This document shows, in pieces, positions 49,311 through 58,213 of a DNA stretch of 64,000 nucleotides. Position 1 is the stretch's first letter. Each line of letters begins with the position of its first letter. The stretch spans positions 1,120,001-1,184,000 of the forward strand of contig JBFWVL010000001.1 of assembly GCA_050246755.1 (NCBI GenBank). The letters run 5' to 3'. Origin of the DNA: Bacteriovoracia bacterium (GTDB taxonomy: Bacteria > Bdellovibrionota > UBA1018 > CAIPTA01). A program made the translations under genes and the position numbers. The notes below the pieces were generated by a model. That model saw nothing but the letters and a program-made list of their open reading frames with translations, was not told where the DNA came from and ran no database searches.

Positions 49311-51671
49311 GTGCCCGCCCGCATCCAGCGCGCGCCCTCGCCGGAAGAAAAAGGAATCTCAGTGATCGACAAAGCACTTATTGACCCCAATGCCCTTCAT
49401 TTTTATCGCCAATTGAAGGAAGCCGGGTTTTCCGCCTATTTTGTGGGCGGAAGCGTACGCGACCTTTTGCTAGGCAAAGGCCCCAAAGACTTCGATATCG
49501 CCACCAACGCCACTCCCCACCAAATCAAACGCATCATTCCCCAAGGCCGAATTATCGGCCGGCGTTTTCGACACGTGATGCTAGAGCGTGGTGGCGAGCG
49601 CTACGAAATTGTTACCTTCCGCGGCCCCGTTCAGCAAAATGAAGAACCCGAGCTCGAAGATGAAACGGCAGAAAATCAGCCCATTGAAGGCGAAGAAGCT
49701 AGCCCTCCCCCCGCGAATACCGGCCCGCGCCGTTACCCCGATTTGAATCAATTCGGCACCGCTGAACAAGATGCCCTCCGCCGCGATTTCACTATCAACG
49801 CGCTATTTTACGATCCGGACGTGGATGAGCTCGTGGACTACGTTCAAGGCAAATTGGATATCGATCGTAAATTAATCCGGTCTATCGGCGAGTCGATGCA
49901 GAGAATGGAAGAGGATCCCATTCGCATCCTGCGCGCCATTCGTCACAAAATGAAGCTCGGCCTGGAATACGATGCCGCCCTCGAGGCAGCAATGCGCGAA
50001 AAGGCTCCCTTGCTCGAGGAAACGTCTAAGGACCGCATCCGTGAAGAATTTCTGAAGGTTTGTAACGATCATTCCTTGGGAGATTTTCTTACCGAATCGC
50101 GGCGCATGAACCTTACCGGGCACATAATGCCCTGGTTTGAAGGAATTTCAGAAGATCTCTGGCAGTCCGGAGTGCGCCTCTGGGAAAAATTCGCAAAATC
50201 AGAAGTTCCGGAACGCGTTTCCTCCGATGTGGGGCTTGCGCTCATGATGGTGCCCCTGATCGGCCCCTTGGTACTCGAGCCCTACAAAGAAGGGTTGCCC
50301 GAGGGCGAAAAGAATTTCCTACCGGACATGAAATACTTCCTCAGCTGCGAGACACTGAGAAATTATTATCTGCGCAATTTGCGCATCTCCCGCGCACAGA
50401 CCGACCACGTGGTTCGAGCACTGTTTTACTACAGCCGCATGACCGGCCTCTGGCTGGAACAAGGCCCACCCCGACGAATTATCGGCAAACTATTCCAGCA
50501 CCCCCCCGCCCTGCTCGCCGCTAAAATGGCATTGCTTGCCTTGGAGCTGGATGAAAAAGATGCACCGGACTGGATGAAGGAGCTCGCCGCGTTTGATCCA
50601 CGCTCCCGCCGTGGCGGACGCGAAGAAGGTAGCTTTGATCGTGGAGACCGTGGACGAGATCGCGGGAGAGGCCGTGATCGCGGCCACCGCCGGTCCGAAG
50701 AAGGCGATGTTCCCGAAGAGATGGACGAGAACGGCATGCCTCCCGAGCCGCGCCAGTCCGCCGAAGGTGAAAGCGAAGAACGCCCCGACGAGCAACCACG
50801 AGAGAGAGAGCGCGAACACCGCGCGCCTCGTTCCATGCGGCTTCCCCCTCCCGATGCTCCCCTGGTCTGGAACGGTCCGCTGCATGCGCCGGTACTTCGG
50901 CCGGCCTTCTCGGAAGAAGCAACCATTCGCTGGGCCAGAAAAAATCAAACGGTTCGGGCTTACCGTCCTTCCGGAATTCCCAACTCGCCCACGGATCATT
51001 CGCTCTTGAAATCAAATTCTGTCTATAACTATAAGCCGGAAATTGAAGCGGCTACCCCACGCTCCCCCGATGAGCCAGGCGAGCGTGGCGGTGGAGAGCG
51101 CGGCAGAGATCGCGGTGGGCGCGGACGAGATCGTGATCGCGGCGGACGCGGCGAAAAACGTCGCGGCGGCAGGGATCGAGACCGTCAGCCTCAGGCCCGC
51201 GGCCCGCGGCCGGAACCAGGAAATGAATTGAGCGGAGAAGAACGTCATTCTTCTCCCGAACAGCCGATGTCGAATGGCGATTACCCACCGAACAATCAGT
51301 CTCGGTCCTATCCCGACGAAGATTCCATCGGCAATACTTTACGGCCGGGAGAAAGACCGGCGGCGCTCAGCGATATCAACGACAATGGATACAGCGACGA
51401 CAACGAAGATATCGACGATAATATCGGCAACCGGCTCGATGGTCCCCCCACCTCTGGCCATATCGGCATGAACGGTGAAGGCGCCCCCGGCCCTCGCGGC
51501 GGCATAAATAGCCGCGGCGGCCGCCCCCCTAACGCCCGCGGCGGCGGAAATCGTCGGCGCGGAGGCAGAAGCCGGCGTGGTGGACGCGGAGGCCGAGGCG
51601 GTCCCGCTGGTCCTGGCGGAGGAGGCAGCGGAAATCGCGGCCCTTCTCGGCCCCCATTCGATAATCGATGA
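49311..51671 (+). CDS. pcnB: Poly(A) polymerase I with long disordered C-terminal extension
   Basis: VGGSVRDLLLG.PKDFDIAT, PAP signature IIGRRFRHV, RRDFTINAL, EDPIRILRA; start may be GTG 49362. Confidence 0.85.
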   Translation: MPARIQRAPSPEEKGISVIDKALIDPNALHFYRQLKEAGFSAYFVGGSVRDLLLGKGPKDFDIATNATPHQIKRIIPQGRIIGRRFRHVMLERGGERYEIVTFRGPVQQNEEPELEDETAENQPIEGEEASPPPANTGPRRYPDLNQFGTAEQDALRRDFTINALFYDPDVDELVDYVQGKLDIDRKLIRSIGESMQRMEEDPIRILRAIRHKMKLGLEYDAALEAAMREKAPLLEETSKDRIREEFLKVCNDHSLGDFLTESRRMNLTGHIMPWFEGISEDLWQSGVRLWEKFAKSEVPERVSSDVGLALMMVPLIGPLVLEPYKEGLPEGEKNFLPDMKYFLSCETLRNYYLRNLRISRAQTDHVVRALFYYSRMTGLWLEQGPPRRIIGKLFQHPPALLAAKMALLALELDEKDAPDWMKELAAFDPRSRRGGREEGSFDRGDRGRDRGRGRDRGHRRSEEGDVPEEMDENGMPPEPRQSAEGESEERPDEQPREREREHRAPRSMRLPPPDAPLVWNGPLHAPVLRPAFSEEATIRWARKNQTVRAYRPSGIPNSPTDHSLLKSNSVYNYKPEIEAATPRSPDEPGERGGGERGRDRGGRGRDRDRGGRGEKRRGGRDRDRQPQARGPRPEPGNELSGEERHSSPEQPMSNGDYPPNNQSRSYPDEDSIGNTLRPGERPAALSDINDNGYSDDNEDIDDNIGNRLDGPPTSGHIGMNGEGAPGPRGGINSRGGRPPNARGGGNRRRGGRSRRGGRGGRGGPAGPGGGGSGNRGPSRPPFDNR

Positions 51672-52858
51672 CCCAGCAGATTTTAGTAAGAATCAGCGGA
51701 GTAGACGGACCGGGAATCACGGCCGCCATAACCGCTTGCATCGATAAAGACAAAGGCCGGTTACTTGACATCGAACAGTCGGTCACTCATGGCCTGCTCA
51801 GTTTAATGGTTCTCGTTTCACTCGAAGCAGATCAAGTAGCTCTCTTTGAGGCCAGCGTTCGCCAAGAGCTCAAGACCTTCAGCCTCGAGGTTCGCTTCGA
51901 TCGCATCGAAGGCGCTTATAACGTGGCCGATCCTGCCGAGCGCTTCGTGGTTACCGTAATCTCCGAAGAAGTTCCCGCAAAGTTCGTGGCCGACCTCACC
52001 TCTTCTCTCGCGGAAACCCAAACCAATATCGACACGATCCGCAAGCTTAGCTCGAGCGGACTTTCTACCATCGAATTAATCTGCAGCTCACGCGCGCGCC
52101 TGAATCTAGCCGAGGTAACTGAACGCCTGCTTGGCATCTCTTCCACCTTTCCTGGCGTAGACATCGCCATCCAGAAAGAAAATCTCTACCGCCGCTCAAA
52201 ACGCCTCGTGGTATTCGACATGGACTCCACCCTCATTCAGGGCGAAGTGGTGGACGAACTCGCCGAGTTACTCGGAAAAAAAGAAGAGGTCTCCGCTCTC
52301 ACTAAGCGGGCCATGGAAGGGCAGATGGACTTCCAAGAATCCCTTATCCGACGCGTCGGATTACTCAAGGGCCTCGCACGTAAAGATCTGGATTTCGTTT
52401 ATTCCAAAATTCAGTTAACCCCTGGCGCCGATCGTCTCGTAAAAGTACTCAAACGCCTCGGCTATCGCATTGCGATCATCAGCGGCGGATTTACCTACTT
52501 TGTGGAACGCCTAAAGAACGAGCTCAGCATTCACTACGCTTATGCCAACTCTCTCGAGCTGGAAAACGATATGGTAACCGGCCGCCTGCAAGGCCTCATT
52601 GTGGACGGGCGCCGCAAGGCCGATCTATTGGAATTATTGGCACAGCAAGAGGGAATTTCCCTCGACCAAGTGATTGCCGTGGGTGACGGCGCCAATGATA
52701 TGCAGATGCTGAAAAAAGCGGGGTTAGGTATCGCCTTTAACGCAAAAGCCTTCACCAAATCTATGGTCGGCACCTCTATTACTCATAAAAATATGGACTC
52801 GATCCTATATTTACTGGGAATAACGGACCACGAGATCAAAGAAATGGGCATCAAATAG
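51668..52858 (+). CDS. serB: Phosphoserine phosphatase with N-terminal ACT domains
   Basis: DGPGITA ACT, FDMDSTLI, ISGGF, VGDGAND. Confidence 0.95.
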   Translation: MTQQILVRISGVDGPGITAAITACIDKDKGRLLDIEQSVTHGLLSLMVLVSLEADQVALFEASVRQELKTFSLEVRFDRIEGAYNVADPAERFVVTVISEEVPAKFVADLTSSLAETQTNIDTIRKLSSSGLSTIELICSSRARLNLAEVTERLLGISSTFPGVDIAIQKENLYRRSKRLVVFDMDSTLIQGEVVDELAELLGKKEEVSALTKRAMEGQMDFQESLIRRVGLLKGLARKDLDFVYSKIQLTPGADRLVKVLKRLGYRIAIISGGFTYFVERLKNELSIHYAYANSLELENDMVTGRLQGLIVDGRRKADLLELLAQQEGISLDQVIAVGDGANDMQMLKKAGLGIAFNAKAFTKSMVGTSITHKNMDSILYLLGITDHEIKEMGIK

Positions 52859-53252
52859 AGCCTGTTTTAAAAGTGGGTTTACGAAAAACCCACCACCGCA
52901 CAGACTCTTGGCCTTCGCCCGAAAGAACCCCGCCTGCCACCAGTTCAAGATTCGGAAAGTGATAGTGGCAAAACCTTCCCACATCATTCCAAAAACTATC
53001 GCCCGCCGAACTAAACGTCTCCACGCAGCCTATATACTCGTTAGAAATACGTACCATTTCAGCACACAACCTAAGTAGGTCGCTAAGCGCCACGTGCACG
53101 AGAAGATCGCAGGTGTATACGAGGCGGAAATCACCGGAAGAAAACGGCAGCGAGCCCGCCCGTTCCTCCCATAATGGGCGACTAATTTCCAAGGCTCTCG
53201 CCGGTCTTTCACCAATAGCGGAAAACATTACCTCCATCACCGAATCCTTCAC
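52851..53252 (-). CDS. Truncated or divergent SAM methyltransferase-like protein resembling the C-terminal half of the pseudaminic-acid-associated methylase
   Basis: LPFSSGDFRLVYTCDLLVHV..EMVRISNEYI.CVETFS..FPNLELV..WWVFRK; SAM motif I absent. Confidence 0.45.
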   Translation of the reverse strand: MKDSVMEVMFSAIGERPARALEISRPLWEERAGSLPFSSGDFRLVYTCDLLVHVALSDLLRLCAEMVRISNEYIGCVETFSSAGDSFWNDVGRFCHYHFPNLELVAGGVLSGEGQESVRWWVFRKPTFKTGSI

Positions 53253-53632
53253 GTCTTCACCTCCTCTTCATTCTGCTTCTCCGCTCGTGGAGTAAGGCCC
53301 GTGATGGAAACGCGATAGAGCCCTTCAACTAATTTCTTTTCATCAAACACTTCGGATAAAAACGCGGCGGCACTATTAACCTCGTCCTGCCCGAGAAGAA
53401 GCGACTTAAAGCCAATACCCAATGCCTGCGCCAGTCTCGACACGGCGCGAAGGTCGTGAGGATTTTTTCCTTCAATCCAATTTTGGACCACCGAAGACCT
53501 TACGCCAGCAAGATCTCCCAATTGCTGCAAGGTGAGCCCTCGTTCAGCGATGATATTCGTTAAGATTTTCCCAAATGGAAGCGAGTTCGTTCCACTATTG
53601 CTTCGTCGCATATATCTATATTTAACCGGCAT
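53249..53632 (-). CDS. XRE-family HTH transcriptional regulator
   Basis: LTNIIAERGLTLQQLGDLAGVRSSVVQNWIEG..LAQALGI..LLLG. Confidence 0.8.
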   Translation of the reverse strand: MPVKYRYMRRSNSGTNSLPFGKILTNIIAERGLTLQQLGDLAGVRSSVVQNWIEGKNPHDLRAVSRLAQALGIGFKSLLLGQDEVNSAAAFLSEVFDEKKLVEGLYRVSITGLTPRAEKQNEEEVKT

Positions 53633-53840
53633 TTCATAGAATCGTATTATTTCCGCAATAGTGAAAATTTACGCTTTTACGTATAACCAAATTTCTCTTT
53701 CGCGTCGGAAGCATGCAGGAATGCCCGCTTCCGATGCAGAGACAAATTATGCGAAATAAAAAGGAATAATTTACGATGTTCGATTTACGACCCGAACCAG
53801 AAGGGAATTCGGACAAAGACAGCAACGAAATGCGAAAATC

Positions 53841-54341
53841 TTAAGGGGCGCTTTCATCCGACTTGTATTGCAGGAACAGCAAAAATAAAAAACCAAACGA
53901 GATCGCCACATCCGCCACGTTAAAGACCCCCGTGCGTAGGGAGCCAAACCCCATATGGACGTAATCCGTAACGCTGCCGCGGAAAATTCGATCAATTAAA
54001 TTTCCAACCCCACCGGAAATCACCAACGCGAACGCAATCATTGAGAGCCGGTGCTCGGCCGTTTTCCACATCCAGTAAACGCAGAAAAGCAGCATGGCCG
54101 ACGCGCCGAAAATAAACAATACGGACCGGGCTGCATCCGACAACTGTGCACCCAAACTCAAAAACGCGCCGCGATTTTCGGCGTACTCGATTTGCACGAA
54201 ACCGCTTAGGTAAGAATAGCCCGGTTGCCCGGCCAGATAATTGCGCGCGATTATCTTCACGATCTGATCGAGCGTGATCAAGCCCACGATGATGATCGCC
54301 GCTACGATCAGGTTCTTTTGCTTTATTTTTTCTCTATTCAT
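53841..54341 (-). CDS. lspA: Lipoprotein signal peptidase II
   Basis: LDQIVK, NRGAFLS, GGVGNLIDR, VTDY, VFNVAD. Confidence 0.95.
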   Translation of the reverse strand: MNREKIKQKNLIVAAIIIVGLITLDQIVKIIARNYLAGQPGYSYLSGFVQIEYAENRGAFLSLGAQLSDAARSVLFIFGASAMLLFCVYWMWKTAEHRLSMIAFALVISGGVGNLIDRIFRGSVTDYVHMGFGSLRTGVFNVADVAISFGFLFLLFLQYKSDESAP

Positions 54342-54358
54342 GGTGCCCGAAAATTCAG

Positions 54359-55291
54359 TTATGCGCTTAAATCTAGCATGCGCTGAATCGGCACCAAAGC
54401 CCGGACCCGCAGATTTTCCGGTAAAATGATCTCGGGCCTCATCGTTTCAAGGCAGAGCGCGATCTTCTCCAGCGTATTTCTGCGCATATAAGGGCATTCG
54501 TTGCAGGCACAGTTTGCGTTCGGGGGAGAAGGAATGAAAATCTTCTCGGGGGCCGCCTTCTGCATCTGGTGCAAAATTCCGGCTTCCGTGACCACGATGA
54601 ACTTCTTCTTCTGGCTTTTCACTGAATAGTTCAGCAGCGCGGTGGTGGAGCCGATAAAATCGGCTTGGCGCAATACGGCCTCTTCGCATTCCGGGTGCGC
54701 AATCACTTCCGCATCGGGATGAGCCATTTTCAGCTGTAGCAATTTTTTCTCGGAAAAAGTCTCATGCACGATGCAGGCGCCCTGCCACAAAACCATATCG
54801 CGGCCGGTCTGCTGCATAACGTAGCGTCCTAGATTTTTATCCGGCGCGAAGATGATTTTCTTGTCCCGAGGAATCGAATTCACGATCTTCACCGCGTTCG
54901 AGCTCGTGCAGATATAATCGCTCTCAGCCTTCACGTCGGCCGTGCAATTGATATAGCTCACCACCACGTGGTCCGGATGCTGGGCCTTAAACTCCTTGAA
55001 TAAGCCTACTGGGCAGGAATCCGCGAGTGAGCAACCCGCCTCGAGATCAGGCAATAATACCGTGCGCGTAGGATTGAGAATTTTTGCCGTCTCGGCCATG
55101 AAATGCACGCCGGCAAACACGATCACGTCGGCATCCGTGGCGGCGGCTTCCTGAGACAGCCCAAGACTATCTCCGATATAATCCGCTACATCCTGAATGT
55201 CGGGGTCTTGGTAATAATGCGCGAGAATAACGGCATTCCGTTCTTTCTTGAGACGAGCAATCCTCGCAAAGAGATCCTCATGGCGCTTCAT
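54359..55291 (-). CDS. nadA: Quinolinate synthase
   Basis: [45 protein letters not shown]. Confidence 0.97.
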   Translation of the reverse strand: MKRHEDLFARIARLKKERNAVILAHYYQDPDIQDVADYIGDSLGLSQEAAATDADVIVFAGVHFMAETAKILNPTRTVLLPDLEAGCSLADSCPVGLFKEFKAQHPDHVVVSYINCTADVKAESDYICTSSNAVKIVNSIPRDKKIIFAPDKNLGRYVMQQTGRDMVLWQGACIVHETFSEKKLLQLKMAHPDAEVIAHPECEEAVLRQADFIGSTTALLNYSVKSQKKKFIVVTEAGILHQMQKAAPEKIFIPSPPNANCACNECPYMRRNTLEKIALCLETMRPEIILPENLRVRALVPIQRMLDLSA

Positions 55292-55300
55292 GGCTGAGAT

Positions 55301-55687
55301 CTACCATATCTGAACGGTCACACCAGTAGATTTCTGGATCTCCCGAAAGAGAGGATCCGAGCTCAGCAATACTGCCTCCTGGTCAATAGCGCACTGGACT
55401 ACATGGGCATCGCGCGCACTCAGGAATATGTTTTTTTCCGCTAACTGCGCCTTAAGTAAACCAGCCCTCTGCCAATGCTCCGGGTGAAGGTTCGCGATAG
55501 TCAGCGGGCCAAGCAGCTCCTGAAGAGATTTTCGGTCTTTCGGAGCTAGAGGATTTCCCAGGAGCTCTATCTCCACAAGCGGGGGCACTGCGATCGAACC
55601 GGCCTCAAGGGCGAGCTCCAGGGGAACGCAGTTCTCTTCGGAAAAATAGGCCAGCCAGGGAGTGGCGTCGGTGACGACTTTACTCAC
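55301..55687 (-). CDS. vapC: PIN-domain toxin (VapC-like)
   Basis: Acidic quartet in VTDAT, EIELL, ARDAH, SSDPLF; 4-nt overlap with a small upstream gene. Confidence 0.8.
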   Translation of the reverse strand: MSKVVTDATPWLAYFSEENCVPLELALEAGSIAVPPLVEIELLGNPLAPKDRKSLQELLGPLTIANLHPEHWQRAGLLKAQLAEKNIFLSARDAHVVQCAIDQEAVLLSSDPLFREIQKSTGVTVQIW

Positions 55688-55875
55688 TTTGCGCGGCCCT
55701 TATCTTCTCTGAGGGACACTTTCCCCCTTAGATATTGCGCTTTCTGCAGGGCGCCCCTTCTCACTATGCCCTCGAGCGCGAGCGTAAGCGTTTCGGTGAT
55801 TCCAAGACCGCAGGCTTTTTGCGCGTCTTGCAGAAGTGCTTCGGGAAGGTTGGCGGTGATGCGGCGGATCTTCAT
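55684..55875 (-). CDS. Putative RHH-type antitoxin (VapB-like)
   Basis: 63 aa, RRITANLPEALLQDAQK..GITETL; overlaps the PIN gene start. Confidence 0.72.
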   Translation of the reverse strand: MKIRRITANLPEALLQDAQKACGLGITETLTLALEGIVRRGALQKAQYLRGKVSLREDKGRAK

Positions 55876-55910
55876 GGCTGCTGCGGTTTCCCACGTTAGG
55901 AAAGGCAAGT

Positions 55911-55941
55911 CAAACGTTCATATGTGCGTATGAACAGTTTG
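55911..55941. promoter_or_regulatory. Inverted-repeat operator (TA operator or sigma54 enhancer)
   Basis: CAAAC-GTTCATA-TGTGCG-TATGAAC-A-GTTTG, between vapB and the sigma54 promoter. Confidence 0.5.
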
Positions 55942-56092
55942 GCGATTTTGTATTGACCATAAGTTCTTCAAATTAAAATAAATTTAGTGTTTTTAATGGG
56001 TTACCTTTTATTTTTGGTGATTTTTCCTCGCACCGTAAAGCGCACTAGCACGTCTCTCAGCGGAGACACCTAAACAATTCAACCCCTTAGGC

Positions 56093-56107
56093 TGGCACCG
56101 AGGTTGC
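56093..56107 (+). promoter_or_regulatory. Sigma54 (-24/-12) promoter
   Basis: TGGCAC-CGAGG-TTGC matches TGGCAC-N5-TTGC; AT-rich tract at about 55965-56000 upstream. Confidence 0.75.
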
Positions 56108-56151
56108 GATGATTGGGGCAAGAGTAGTTAAACGATCCGGGAGGACCTAAT

Positions 56152-56274
56152 ATGAAAAAATTCTTTTTGATCTTCGCTTTCGCCGCCTTCATCGCCGCCT
56201 CTGGATATGGCGTGGCTCAGTACGTGAACGCGAATGGCGTCACGGCTAAGGCTTGTAATTCGGGGTGCGAGTAA
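56152..56274 (+). CDS. 40-aa secreted peptide with C-terminal CxxxC (not in the ORF track)
   Basis: GGAGG SD, ATG 56152, MKKFFLIFAFAAFIAASGYGVAQYVNANGVTAKACNSGCE, TAA 56274. Confidence 0.75.
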   Translation: MKKFFLIFAFAAFIAASGYGVAQYVNANGVTAKACNSGCE

Positions 56275-56275
56275 G

Positions 56276-58087
56276 CTAGCCAGTTTTTGCTAGCGTCAAA
56301 GCTCTATAAGAAACACCTTTGACGTCGATTTTGATCCAGTCATTTCCTAGAGTGGCTGGATCTAAATACTTTACTACCGACTCATGAAGCAAAACGGTTC
56401 CGGGCCTAGCGGCAGCCTCTAAACGAGAAGCTGCGTTCAATGGCTCTCCGAGAAACGATAGCTCGCTTCCCTTTAATTCCCCCCTCACCAAGCCGGCAGC
56501 CACACCTACCCTAAACTTAATCCCAACCGAATTTGAGCTTTCCATTACGAGATACTCAGCTCCCGCGACTGCCATTCTGACTTGGGCGCGCTTATTCTCG
56601 TCGTTTCCCAGTAAATCCCATGCGAGCAAAGCTCCGTCACCGCGGTCTGACAACTTTTGGGCACCAAACCGCTCGATGACTGGAGCCATTCTCGCCCTGA
56701 TATTATTGTGAAGCTCGCTTTTTCCCTGCTCGTCCATTTCCGACAGAAGTCTTGTATAGCCAACAGTATCAACTGCAATGGCCACCATCGGAATCTCTAA
56801 AGTAACTTGGTCAATTCCACTCGCCAAAAATCCAGAGAACCATTTTGGAATTAGTTTGTCAGCCCGCTGCGATCTACGCGAAGTGAATCTCATGTCCATC
56901 GAAGCGCTAATAGCGAGGCCCGCAAAAAGTCCAATATCCCAAAGTTCAGGATAAGGAATATATCTAAAGCTAAGGAGGGATCCCGCGCTAAGAAACCACC
57001 CCAAACTTCCGAGACCTAAAAACACGGCAAATGCGGCGATTTGGGCCCTTCGGTGAGCAAGCGGGCCCTCTAATTTTTTCAACGCAAACAAACATGCAAC
57101 CAACGTAGGAATTCCAACAGCAATTGGAAGCCATTTCCCCGCAAATTGGTATAGAGAAACCTCTAACTCGCGGCTAGAGATAACAAATGTTGCGCTCACA
57201 AATATTAGAGCCAGTGAACCGCCATAGATTCGAGCATATGTTCTATGAATCATCTTTAACCGCAGAATATCCGCGGTAACCCAAGGTAAAACGCAAATTG
57301 CAATAACCGTGGATAAAAATGTAACCGCATTTCTAAGAAAGAAGTCTGAATAGATTGGCAAAAATCTAGAATATGAAACGGATGCAACGGCCGAGCAAAG
57401 TACAAAAATCGAGAATGAAAAATACTCAGCTCTTTTCGGAGAAGAAATAAACAAAATCACGAAAAGAAAAAATAAACTGAATTTAAATGTCCCAAGTATG
57501 AGAGGTTTCACCCCGGAGTCGAAGCTGTAAAATTCGCGGAATATTTCGAACCCTCGGGCAGCTCCAATTGCCATTGGCTGCACATGCACTATGCCCGGGA
57601 AAAGGTGTTCAATTTTTTTAACCCTAACTCTGAGATTTACCGGCGTGGATCTTAGAATGTTCTGGGGAATTGTAATCAAAGAAAGTGAGGTTTTTTCGCC
57701 AGAGCCTATTTTCTCACCATTCCAGTAAATTTCGTGATCGCCCTTAATACTTCCCAAAAAAAGCGCCAGCGGTTCATTCGTTTCTACGAACCTTTCCGGA
57801 AGTGTGAAAGATTTTTGATACCAAAATTCATTTTTCAAATCCTCTCGCAGCTGTGGCCGCAACGGTTCCGGAACCTTCACCGTTTCCGAAAAACTCTCAA
57901 GCGGGCTCGAAAGCGCTATCGGGCCATTATGAAATTTCCATTCGCCCGATAAGCTAAGATCGCGCGGATCGCCGAGCGCGCCTTTGCGCATATTGAAATC
58001 GAATACCCAGCAAATCGCTACGATGGTAGCGAGAGCCGTAAGGCCGATCCCAATCCTCGCAAATAGTGAATTGTCCGCGGAGTTCAT
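56276..58087 (-). CDS. Membrane sensor with periplasmic beta-sandwich, multi-TM region and class III nucleotidyl cyclase domain
   Basis: TM, LSLSGEWKF..FWYQKSF..IYWNGEKIG (galactose-binding-like), about 7 TM helices, VDTVGYT, RGDG, FRVGVAAG, GEPLNAASRLE. Confidence 0.82.
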   Translation of the reverse strand: MNSADNSLFARIGIGLTALATIVAICWVFDFNMRKGALGDPRDLSLSGEWKFHNGPIALSSPLESFSETVKVPEPLRPQLREDLKNEFWYQKSFTLPERFVETNEPLALFLGSIKGDHEIYWNGEKIGSGEKTSLSLITIPQNILRSTPVNLRVRVKKIEHLFPGIVHVQPMAIGAARGFEIFREFYSFDSGVKPLILGTFKFSLFFLFVILFISSPKRAEYFSFSIFVLCSAVASVSYSRFLPIYSDFFLRNAVTFLSTVIAICVLPWVTADILRLKMIHRTYARIYGGSLALIFVSATFVISSRELEVSLYQFAGKWLPIAVGIPTLVACLFALKKLEGPLAHRRAQIAAFAVFLGLGSLGWFLSAGSLLSFRYIPYPELWDIGLFAGLAISASMDMRFTSRRSQRADKLIPKWFSGFLASGIDQVTLEIPMVAIAVDTVGYTRLLSEMDEQGKSELHNNIRARMAPVIERFGAQKLSDRGDGALLAWDLLGNDENKRAQVRMAVAGAEYLVMESSNSVGIKFRVGVAAGLVRGELKGSELSFLGEPLNAASRLEAAARPGTVLLHESVVKYLDPATLGNDWIKIDVKGVSYRALTLAKTG

Positions 58088-58213
58088 CCCTAATATTTCG
58101 GCAACTTAGGGACGAAAGAGTACCCGGTGACGGGTGGCGAAGCGGGATGTCGTGATAATTTTTGCGGCGCCGCGAATTTTGTACGAATTTCGGACAGTGC
58201 AGACGAGAAAAAA

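Noticed and set aside
50600-51620. GC-rich short repeats as a possible DNA repeat array or CRISPR
   Set aside because: Imperfect and codon-phased; they encode RG/RD peptide repeats and have no constant repeat-spacer structure.
56276-58087. Pycsar anti-phage system
   Set aside because: No adjacent cyclic-nucleotide-binding TIR or TM effector, and the cyclase has a periplasmic sensor architecture.
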